Shown here one piece after another: positions 19,070-27,623 of a DNA stretch of 51,232 bases. The stretch spans positions 42,122 to 93,353 of the forward strand of contig DKIT01000045.1 of NCBI GenBank assembly GCA_002454415.1. Direction: 5' to 3'. The notes beneath the pieces were generated by a model that was not told the origin of the DNA, did no database searches, and worked only from the letters and a program-made list of their open reading frames with translations. Made by a program: the position numbers and the translations under genes. The stretch is from Sphingobacterium sp. UBA6711. GTDB taxonomy: Bacteria; Bacteroidota; Bacteroidia; Sphingobacteriales; Sphingobacteriaceae. Position 1 is the first letter of the stretch. Each line of letters opens with the position of its first letter.

Positions 19070-22060
19070 TTAAAATAGTTGGGAAAGTAGTTTCCGAAAT
19101 TTTAGATTTGCTGTTAGCAGCAAAGTGTAATCCGTGGCAGACTTTTCGATGATGATTTTGCCATCAATTGCTTCAGCTCGACGTTCCATATTGTTCAATC
19201 CCTGACCTTTTCGGAAATTCTTTTTATTGATAAGTTCCACATGAGAACCCACCAATGTATTTGAGATCTCAAGCTCGAGCTTATTATAATCTATTTTTAA
19301 GCATATTTTTACAACTGCGGAAGGACTATGTTTGCATATATTATGTAATGCTTCCTTAAAAATGAGATACACATTTTGGCGAACATATTGCGGGAGCTGG
19401 CTACGCGTATGAATCTCGGTCTCAAAAGTAACATGGATATCCTGTGCCGTCAGCAATTGGCCCATCAGAAATTTCATCCGATCTTCCAGGCTTCCCTGGT
19501 TATTATTACGCGAGTCAATTGACCAGATAATATCATCCATGGTCTGCACAGCCTCACGACTATACCCCGATATTTTCTCCAAGGAATTATTGGGCATGGT
19601 CTCTTCCTTCTCCAAAGCAAGCAAGTCTGTTTGCATTGCAATTCCTGTCAGCAACCCACCTACTTCATCATGTAAATCACGTGAAAGCTCCAATCGTAGT
19701 TTCTTATCACGCTTGATTTGGGAAGATCTAACAATTGTTAAGATATAAATTGCGCCGCCCGTCGTCAATGTCAGCAAGACATAGAAGATTTGGGTTTCAT
19801 AGAAACGCGGTTTTTTATAGAGCAGCCATTTTCTTGTTTCCATTGACAAACCGTTATCACTCACTGTCCTAACTTCGATTTCATATTCGCCTGTTTTTAA
19901 ATCAGAAAGGTTAATTTGTCCAGAAGCTGTAAGCTCCTGAAAGGTTTTGATAAGCGGACGTAGGCGAAAATAGGTTTTATAATTATTTTTGTAGCTATCA
20001 ATCTTCGCCAATTGTAAATTAACAAATACAGCCTGTTCATTCATTAAAATCGTATCCTGTGTCGCAGCCGGCGTATAAGACCGTATGATGTCATTTGAAC
20101 TGTTTCCCACGCGCACAGAAGCCAATACCGGCCACGGTACCTTTTGCCGCTTGATGCTTGTCAAAAAATTTTGGGGGTTAATTGCGATGCAGCCCAATAC
20201 TCCCCCGATCAGCAAGCGATCCTGCCGTTGATCAAAGTACATCGAGGGCTGATTAAATTCTTCGAAAGGAAGCCCATGCATACTGTAAGCACTGTAAAAA
20301 TTTTCCCCATCCCATACAGATAAGCCCCTGAACGTACCTAGGAATAGGAGATCGTTTACCCATAACATGCTAAAGATAACGTTGCTTGCCAATCCATCGG
20401 CATTAGAATAGGTTTTAATCCGATTGTTTTCTGTATCGATCTCGACCAACCCCTTGCCTTTTGTCGCCAGAAACACTTTATTTTTTTTAAAAGCATGGGT
20501 AAATACATGTAGTTTTTCTCCATTTTGGGGATAAACTTTATGTAAAGTACCCGCTTTGAACTCAAAATACCCATTTTCAGAAGTAAATGAGATGATCTGA
20601 TTGTTGTGCCGCAAAGAATTGATCCGTTGTCCAATCCCCACGACTAGGCCCTTTCTATCGCGCAGCGGAAATACATCTTTTGTCTGCATATCGTAGATCC
20701 AAATACCACTATAGGTACCCACTAAATATTGATTCTTCTGATAATGCGCTAGACTAAACACCATGGAAGACAGATCTTCCTGAGTTCCCACCTGCCTATG
20801 GTACGGCGCTTTTTTAAATTGTCCTTTTATCAAAAATCCCAGAAAATCACCTTCGAGTCCTACCAATGCCGAATCTCTATTTACGGGAAGAAACGCATAG
20901 TAGTTGTTGAGTGGCCCCGCTCCATCGATAGCGGTGTTGTGCAGCTGAAAAGATTTTAATGGGGCATAACCGCCAATGTAATAATGGTCCTGCTGTTGTA
21001 AGATTCCCCTTGCTGTTCCTGTATTCCAATAGTGAATATCAAAGCTCGTTTTGGAAATGCTATATAGGCCCTTTTCTGTCGAACACAATCCTTCATCTAT
21101 ATTGAAGTTCAACTGATTTAGCTTGCTCTTCAGCAGATCTTTTTGGATCGTATGATGATTTACCAAAAGCGGCGTTAATTTCAGATCGTCCTTAAATTCA
21201 AAATAACGACCATCTTCAAACAGAAAGACAATATTATTTTTTTCGGTAAAGGACCAATGTGCCCAATCCCGCATATCTCCTTGCGATAGACCTTTAGGAT
21301 TTATCTTTTTATAACTATTCCCGTCAAAGGTGAAATAACCAAGACCATAATTACGCAATAGCAATCCATTTTGAAGCAAAAAAAGATCATCCAATTGCTT
21401 ATAAATATTCTTTGGCATCTTAAATTTCTGGGCAGAACCGGATTTTAGATCGACAAAAAATAGCTGCTCATTATAGGCAAACCAAAGCTTTTCATGATCA
21501 GCGATCAACCGATTTCCTAAGGGGCGTCGCAGTTCATTGAAAGTAGGGTTGAATTGCAGTAATTTCCTCTTTTTATTCCCGTTGATTTGCCATAGCCTAC
21601 CTGATTTTGTAGCGATATATTGTTGGTCCTGCCGCGCCGACATGGCAATGATCTCTTCTCCCCAGAGGTCTTTCGCAAGTTCAGTATCCTTTATAAATTT
21701 CCATTTTTGGGTATCGAAAATAACTAAACCATTCCTAGTTTCGAACCAAAGGCGACCTTCCCCATCAGCCATGAGTTTATTGACCTCCGTAAAATGTAGG
21801 GGCCCATTGTATAACTCACCGAATGGTTTGACTGTTATACCATCGTAGCGATACAGCAAACTGCCCGCTATAAACCATACAAATCCTTGGCTATCCTTTG
21901 TGGCCGATTCAATATTGGTATGGTAAGAATCCAATCCCGAAATTATCTGAACTGCATGATAATTTGAGGCCCACACCCGATTGAAAGCGGTCATAGCAAT
22001 AGCAGTAGTCAATACAAGCAAAAATCTTAGCGTTCTTGAAAACACAGTAGAAATATTCAA
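19070..22060 (-). CDS. Sensor histidine kinase: periplasmic beta-propeller/Y_Y_Y, TM, HisKA_3, HATPase
   Basis: KDSQGFVWF, DGLASN repeats, LKTGEYEIEVR, SRDLHDEVG (H-box), KEALHNICKH (N-box) and GQGLNNM (G2). Confidence 0.9.
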   Translation of the reverse strand: MNISTVFSRTLRFLLVLTTAIAMTAFNRVWASNYHAVQIISGLDSYHTNIESATKDSQGFVWFIAGSLLYRYDGITVKPFGELYNGPLHFTEVNKLMADGEGRLWFETRNGLVIFDTQKWKFIKDTELAKDLWGEEIIAMSARQDQQYIATKSGRLWQINGNKKRKLLQFNPTFNELRRPLGNRLIADHEKLWFAYNEQLFFVDLKSGSAQKFKMPKNIYKQLDDLFLLQNGLLLRNYGLGYFTFDGNSYKKINPKGLSQGDMRDWAHWSFTEKNNIVFLFEDGRYFEFKDDLKLTPLLVNHHTIQKDLLKSKLNQLNFNIDEGLCSTEKGLYSISKTSFDIHYWNTGTARGILQQQDHYYIGGYAPLKSFQLHNTAIDGAGPLNNYYAFLPVNRDSALVGLEGDFLGFLIKGQFKKAPYHRQVGTQEDLSSMVFSLAHYQKNQYLVGTYSGIWIYDMQTKDVFPLRDRKGLVVGIGQRINSLRHNNQIISFTSENGYFEFKAGTLHKVYPQNGEKLHVFTHAFKKNKVFLATKGKGLVEIDTENNRIKTYSNADGLASNVIFSMLWVNDLLFLGTFRGLSVWDGENFYSAYSMHGLPFEEFNQPSMYFDQRQDRLLIGGVLGCIAINPQNFLTSIKRQKVPWPVLASVRVGNSSNDIIRSYTPAATQDTILMNEQAVFVNLQLAKIDSYKNNYKTYFRLRPLIKTFQELTASGQINLSDLKTGEYEIEVRTVSDNGLSMETRKWLLYKKPRFYETQIFYVLLTLTTGGAIYILTIVRSSQIKRDKKLRLELSRDLHDEVGGLLTGIAMQTDLLALEKEETMPNNSLEKISGYSREAVQTMDDIIWSIDSRNNNQGSLEDRMKFLMGQLLTAQDIHVTFETEIHTRSQLPQYVRQNVYLIFKEALHNICKHSPSAVVKICLKIDYNKLELEISNTLVGSHVELINKKNFRKGQGLNNMERRAEAIDGKIIIEKSATDYTLLLTANLKFRKLLSQLF

Positions 22061-22226
22061 TAATATGGAAGACCAAATATAATTATTTCAGCTAATTATA
22101 GATAAAATATCTACCTAAAATTTCTTAAAAAGATATTTTCTAACGATCCATATTCTTGTATGCTGTAGACTTGGGTTATGCTTCCACTCCGTCGACAGGC
22201 ACGAGTAAGATAAAAGCTATAGATTT

Positions 22227-23015
22227 TTATAACTGATAGATCAAGCGAAAGAAGGAACTGACGACATGTTCCCTACCGCTGACAGGCAAACCAACGGCCA
22301 TACCAATGGCCAGTTTTTTGCTCAGCCCCAATTTCACCTGGGGATGTAAAATCGTCTGTAGCCCTTCTGCAGAGACCTGCTGATTGACTTCGATGCCAAT
22401 AAAATGGTCTGTTTGCGGGAGTGTATAATGGAAGGAGGTATTGATCTGCCAGTTCATATTCCATTTGGATACCCCGTATTGATAGGCGATTTCCGGTCCC
22501 GTATAGAGCAAAGCATGCCAATTGCTATTCCAATTTTTAGCGGCAATAAAAAAAGGATTAAATGCCGTTCCCCGGTCTACAACGTTAACTATCTGCGTGT
22601 AGCCTACCGCTAAAGTCGTAGCGTGCTTTTGGGAAACATAAAAGGAGTATTGAGAGGACAATCGTATCCGCTCCAACTGATTACTGGAACCCACACTCGC
22701 CCTACGGCTTTTTGAATAGGCAAAATCCGTTTCTATCTCCAAACCTAAGCGGTCAATAGGTGCAAATTCATATTCCATTAAATAGCCATAATCATCAGCC
22801 GCCTGCGTTCTTTTCATATCAGCACCCACATTTATCTCTTTTTCTCCTTTTCTTGCCCCAAGATCCCGGACGAGGTCATTATATAAAGGCTCTGCATGAT
22901 GTACTTTAGGGGGTACAGGTTTATTTTCCTGCCCCTGTACAGCACTTGAAAAAATTATTGCCCCCAGTAATAACAGCGCCGCTAGAGATTTAAACATACG
23001 TATCCTATTCTTCAT
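22227..23015 (-). CDS. HAEPLYID-family exported protein (probable outer-membrane beta-barrel)
   Basis: Signal peptide; HAEPLYNDLVRDLGARKGEKE signature; EYEFAPIDRLGLEIE. Confidence 0.8.
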   Translation of the reverse strand: MKNRIRMFKSLAALLLLGAIIFSSAVQGQENKPVPPKVHHAEPLYNDLVRDLGARKGEKEINVGADMKRTQAADDYGYLMEYEFAPIDRLGLEIETDFAYSKSRRASVGSSNQLERIRLSSQYSFYVSQKHATTLAVGYTQIVNVVDRGTAFNPFFIAAKNWNSNWHALLYTGPEIAYQYGVSKWNMNWQINTSFHYTLPQTDHFIGIEVNQQVSAEGLQTILHPQVKLGLSKKLAIGMAVGLPVSGREHVVSSFFRLIYQL

Positions 23016-23062
23016 ATCACAAACCTCAGCGTGAAATATGGAAAGAATTGGGAATAATATTT

Positions 23063-24253
23063 CTAGGATTCAGGCGGGCTAGGGTACCCCGTCATCTTTA
23101 TTTTAAGATGTGGTTTTAAGGCATCCCTGTGGAGCATTAGAGCTGTAACTTTATAGCGGAGGTATTCTTTCGTGAGGTATATATATCCACGGAATGCATT
23201 TGCTGTGCCCCATGAATTCTTTGCCAAATAGTATTGTTTACCGTTCTGATCCTTTGCTAGCCCAACGATATGTAGGGCATGATCATCTGTAGTCTGCCAT
23301 AAATCAAATGCTCTTTGCCGCATTTGTGCTGTCACTATGGGTTCACGCTGCGGCTTTAAAAACATGGAATCCCGCTCAGTTTTCGATAAATTCTGCGGGA
23401 CAAAAGCGATTCCGTGTTGCCAAGAAAATCCAATTTCGGAAATATCGAGCGTACAGGCCACGGTAAATCCTTTTTGTAACGCATGATCCACAATATCTGT
23501 AAGTTCCTCCATCGGAATATTAACAAAAAGATTGAACGACCAATTGTCGGGGATCATAAATACAAATTTTTTATAATAGGGCTTATCCGTAACAGAAGCG
23601 ATGTTTATATAATTGTCCGGATCAATACCAACCACTTCATCCGCAAATGTTCTCGTGGTATAGGATTTGTTTTTATACTGAAAATATGTCGGCACTTTTC
23701 CCAGATAGTTATCCATCACGTCATTGATGGCCTGCTCCCAATATGGCTTAATCGATCTGCTCTTCACCATAACGTTAAGCGTCCCATTTAGTACGGAGCG
23801 CATTGGTTTGAAATTATTTCTTTTATTCCCACTTTTCAGACCCGTATAAACCGTTGCTGGCATCGCACCATGGTCGCGCAAGACATTCATGACGTCCAAA
23901 AGCTGTCCGCCTTCCCCCAATAACAAACCGCCATGCAGACGGACATAATTCCGGGCACGCTCGAGATAGGAAGTCCGGGCGGTATAGATCTGCGATAATG
24001 CAACGGATTGTTTCCCCATGCGCATCATTTCAGATTCGAGAAAAGAATTACCCGTATATGCCCAACATGTATTGGAGGCCCCTTGGTCTTTTACATCTGT
24101 ATGTTTGAGATCAATAAGCTTCGTAAATACAATTTGGGATTTTAAAGATTTTTTTTCCTTATCAGGCGTGATGGCGCACCAAATTCCTAGCAGCCCCAAA
24201 AGAGTCGCTAAGCCACCTATTAAAGCCCATTTATTTCTTATCTTCCTCCACAT
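23063..24253 (-). CDS. C1-family cysteine aminopeptidase (PepC/bleomycin hydrolase-like)
   Basis: VKDQGASNTCW (Gln/Cys), DDHALHIVG (His) and KNSWG (Asn); N-terminal hydrophobic anchor. Confidence 0.92.
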   Translation of the reverse strand: MWRKIRNKWALIGGLATLLGLLGIWCAITPDKEKKSLKSQIVFTKLIDLKHTDVKDQGASNTCWAYTGNSFLESEMMRMGKQSVALSQIYTARTSYLERARNYVRLHGGLLLGEGGQLLDVMNVLRDHGAMPATVYTGLKSGNKRNNFKPMRSVLNGTLNVMVKSRSIKPYWEQAINDVMDNYLGKVPTYFQYKNKSYTTRTFADEVVGIDPDNYINIASVTDKPYYKKFVFMIPDNWSFNLFVNIPMEELTDIVDHALQKGFTVACTLDISEIGFSWQHGIAFVPQNLSKTERDSMFLKPQREPIVTAQMRQRAFDLWQTTDDHALHIVGLAKDQNGKQYYLAKNSWGTANAFRGYIYLTKEYLRYKVTALMLHRDALKPHLKIKMTGYPSPPES

Positions 24254-25365
24254 ATAATGGCTGTAAAAGTTGGTAATACACGTTTCATTAGACTATACAA
24301 CAACAGCCCGAGCAAGATGACTATTGCGGGGCATAACAGGTATAAGAACAGTAGTTCAGCATCCGACTGTGGACGGACTATATTAAACAAAACCTTGATG
24401 ACAAATACCAGTGGCAAACGATGGTACGCAAATATAAAAAAACTCGCATTGGCCAAAAAAGCACTCGCCCGCCATCGCCCATGCTCCATAAAATGCGCTG
24501 AAAGCCCAGTTGAAAAGAGGATTCCAACCATCACATTCGCACAATACAGATAAGGCCACCAACTCTTGCCCAGAAAATAAAACTCCGCAAGAATAAGGAA
24601 TATATAGAGTCCCGCTGTCCACGATACGTGCGGTTTCATAAGCGCAACAAAATCCTTTTTATATACACTAAAATAGGCGCCGGCCGCAAAGAAAAAGAAA
24701 GCTGCTGTACTACATCCCGGCAGATAGAAATAGGGATTGTATAACCAGAGCAATCCAAGCAGTGCAACAGCTAGAATACCAAGTTTTTTGATCAGGAAAT
24801 AAAAGACTGGGGATAAAACCACAACAACCATCAGGTCGCGGATAAACCAGAATGGGGAATTGACAGGCAGCGTTTTCTCAACATGTGGATTCACGTGCGA
24901 GGTATCCCAAAAGGACCATAGCCAATCCGTCACACTATAATTTACGATGAGTTTATTTACACCGGAAACCAAGCTCCCCGAGAATAAAGTCTGCGCAAGA
25001 AAAAAGAAAACGAGCACCACAACATTCCAAAAAACATAAGGGATTAACAACGAATGGACGCGACTTTTTAATTTTTTCAAATAAATCTTCAGGGAAAATC
25101 CTTCCGTTCGGTAAAAGAATAAAAAGCCTGAAATAAAAAAGAAAAGCGGTACACAAACTTCAAAGATAACTTTGGAAAACAGAAAAAATATGCGTGCGAA
25201 GACAGGAAAATTTACAAAACTGATCTGTTTGCCCCCCCCTATGACTATATTCGAAAAATCGGTATGGATAAAGACAACACCAACGATTAGCGGAAAGCGC
25301 AGGAAATCGATCGTTTTGGACAATAGCTGCCCATCTGAATATTGTAAATGATAATCTTTACCCAT
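24238..25365 (-). CDS. Acyltransferase-3 family membrane protein
   Basis: IDFLR...VVFIH, VPLFFFISGFL, R..SLLIPY, WFIRDL and SFFIFAYH; about 10 TM. Confidence 0.9.
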   Translation of the reverse strand: MGKDYHLQYSDGQLLSKTIDFLRFPLIVGVVFIHTDFSNIVIGGGKQISFVNFPVFARIFFLFSKVIFEVCVPLFFFISGFLFFYRTEGFSLKIYLKKLKSRVHSLLIPYVFWNVVVLVFFFLAQTLFSGSLVSGVNKLIVNYSVTDWLWSFWDTSHVNPHVEKTLPVNSPFWFIRDLMVVVVLSPVFYFLIKKLGILAVALLGLLWLYNPYFYLPGCSTAAFFFFAAGAYFSVYKKDFVALMKPHVSWTAGLYIFLILAEFYFLGKSWWPYLYCANVMVGILFSTGLSAHFMEHGRWRASAFLANASFFIFAYHRLPLVFVIKVLFNIVRPQSDAELLFLYLLCPAIVILLGLLLYSLMKRVLPTFTAIICGGR

Positions 25366-25483
25366 TAGTTAGATTTCATCAAATTGCTTAGTTGTCGTTA
25401 AATTACATATTTCTTACGACATTATCATCTATTTATTTACGACAACATAAATTAAACATATTGACTAAAAATTACTTTCCAGG

Positions 25484-26935
25484 TCATCGAATCAAAAATG
25501 GAAACACCTCGCTTTCCCGATGAGCCTGTTTCATGCAGTCTTCAGCCTGTTTGATAATTTCAGGATGTTCAGCTGCCATATTGTCCTTTTCAAATGGATC
25601 CAATTCGAGGTCATAAAGTTCTATTGGCGCAGGCATAGCGGTCATCGCCTGCAGTCGGATTGCTTTCCATTTTCCGATGCGTACAGCCTGCTTACCTCCT
25701 TGTTCATGAAATTCCCAATAAAGATAGCGATGATTTTGTTGCCCATTATCTCCCAATAAAGTATTAAAAAAAGATATGCCGTCCCCTTGATTCTTGCTAC
25801 TGGTACCGGCAATATCAGCAAACGTCGAAAAGACATCCCAAAATGCGGCAATATGCTGACTACGGCTATTGGCCTTTACCTTATTAGGCCATCGTACCAC
25901 AAAAGGCACACGGATCCCACCTTCATAGAGATCTCTTTTAAAACCGCGCATCCCAGCATTGCTATTAAAAAATTGTGGATCTGCCCCCCCTTCGCGATGT
26001 GGCCCATTGTCGCTACTAAAGATCACGATAGTATTTTCATCCAACCCCAAATCCTTTAATTTAGCCATCACCTGTCCGACATATGAATCCAGGCGGCTTA
26101 CCATGGCGGCAAAGGTTGCACGTGGATACGCCTGGGAAGCATATCCAGAGGGCTTGGCCGAATTTCCATAATCGTCGCCAACAAAAGCCTTTTCCTCAAA
26201 CCTTCCTTTGTAATGATTTAGCAAGCTATCGTCTGGGACCAATAATTCGGCATGTGGTAGTATATGCGGCAGAAAAAGGAAAAAGGGCCTATCTTTATTC
26301 GCCGTGATAAAGTCCAGCGCTTTCTTTTGAATTAAATCTGGCGCATAACGTGTTGGTGTTTCCAACTCTTCATTTCCTGCAAGCAAGACTTTGGACGAGT
26401 TATCCCAAAGATGTGTTGGATAATAGCGGTGAGCAAGTGTCTGGCAGTTGTAGCCATAAAATTGGTCAAAGCCCTGTTTGTTTGGATCACCTTCCGACAA
26501 TACAGGTCCTAAACCCCATTTTCCAAACGCTCCAGTCCTGTAACCAGCTTGTTGCAGTATTTCGGCAATCGTTAGGACGGAATCTGCTATAGGATATTGC
26601 CCTTCGGGCTTTACCCCCAAATTTCCTCGGATAAAAGTATGTCCGGTATGTTGCCCCGTCATCAGTGCAGAACGCGACGGCGCGCAGACCGCTGTTCCCG
26701 CATAAAACTGATCAAAACGTAATCCCTCTGCAGCAAGCTGATCGATAAATGGGGTTCTAATGTACTGCTGACCGTTAAATCCAACATCACCGTATCCAAG
26801 ATCATCTGCCAAAATAAAAATGATATTGGGTCTCACTTTGTCCTGAGCTCTACTGGACACCACAGTAAAGGTCCAAAAACATAGGCTCATAAAGATAGAG
26901 CAAAGAGTCACTTGTTTATCTTTCATTCTCTCCAT
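25484..26935 (-). CDS. Arylsulfatase (formylglycine-dependent, family S1)
   Basis: PNIIFILADDLGYGD, CAPSRSALMTG, GKWGLG, SDNG and YEGGIRVP. Alternative start at 26926. Confidence 0.95.
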   Translation of the reverse strand: MERMKDKQVTLCSIFMSLCFWTFTVVSSRAQDKVRPNIIFILADDLGYGDVGFNGQQYIRTPFIDQLAAEGLRFDQFYAGTAVCAPSRSALMTGQHTGHTFIRGNLGVKPEGQYPIADSVLTIAEILQQAGYRTGAFGKWGLGPVLSEGDPNKQGFDQFYGYNCQTLAHRYYPTHLWDNSSKVLLAGNEELETPTRYAPDLIQKKALDFITANKDRPFFLFLPHILPHAELLVPDDSLLNHYKGRFEEKAFVGDDYGNSAKPSGYASQAYPRATFAAMVSRLDSYVGQVMAKLKDLGLDENTIVIFSSDNGPHREGGADPQFFNSNAGMRGFKRDLYEGGIRVPFVVRWPNKVKANSRSQHIAAFWDVFSTFADIAGTSSKNQGDGISFFNTLLGDNGQQNHRYLYWEFHEQGGKQAVRIGKWKAIRLQAMTAMPAPIELYDLELDPFEKDNMAAEHPEIIKQAEDCMKQAHRESEVFPFLIR

Positions 26936-27623
26936 TTTTCAATTTATAAATCTGTAAATCCTTAATTTTTTGTCTGGAGGCGGTCTGTCTAAAACCAAAG
27001 AATCCACGAATTGGAATAATGCCTTGATACTGGAAAACCAAGCGACCGTCGACATAAAAAGAGGTAAAACCTCCACTCGCGGAAACAATAGTTCTTATGT
27101 TGTAATAGCGATTTGGCAAAAGCAGATACATTGCCTCATTTTTTTCCTGCAATAGCATCCGCTTGCCTGTACCATCGTATTTTCTAAATCGTGTTGTCGT
27201 GTTGTTATTACCGCCCATCCCTACATAGAAGAGATCTAGCGAATCGTAAGACGCCAATCTGCCATCGCGGGCCTTTAGCTGAGTAGTGACAAGTGGATCT
27301 TCTGCAGGTTCTCTGGTAAGCCAAAACTGATTGAGATCCGAAAGCCGGTCAGTAGCTCCGGTATCCACAAGTACCATACGTTGATAGCTAATTTCATAAT
27401 CCCCTTCCAAGAGGCTGTCCAACCAAAGGGTGGCTCCGCCATGTGAGCTTAGGATCCATTCATCAGATTGCTGTCGAAAATAAGATTTTTCTGGATATTC
27501 AAATTCAATTCGCCAAGGGCCATTTTTCACTATTTTGACGTCCCTATGCTGCGCCATTATTGGGCTCAGAAGCAGCTCAGACAAAAGCAAAAGACTGATT
27601 AAACGTATATACTTCATCATCAT
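26916..27623 (-). CDS. DUF6250/YesU-like exported protein
   Basis: GATLW, DRLSDLNQFW, YVGMGGNNNTTTRFRKY and GFFGFR; signal peptide. Confidence 0.75.
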   Translation of the reverse strand: MMMKYIRLISLLLLSELLLSPIMAQHRDVKIVKNGPWRIEFEYPEKSYFRQQSDEWILSSHGGATLWLDSLLEGDYEISYQRMVLVDTGATDRLSDLNQFWLTREPAEDPLVTTQLKARDGRLASYDSLDLFYVGMGGNNNTTTRFRKYDGTGKRMLLQEKNEAMYLLLPNRYYNIRTIVSASGGFTSFYVDGRLVFQYQGIIPIRGFFGFRQTASRQKIKDLQIYKLKNGENER

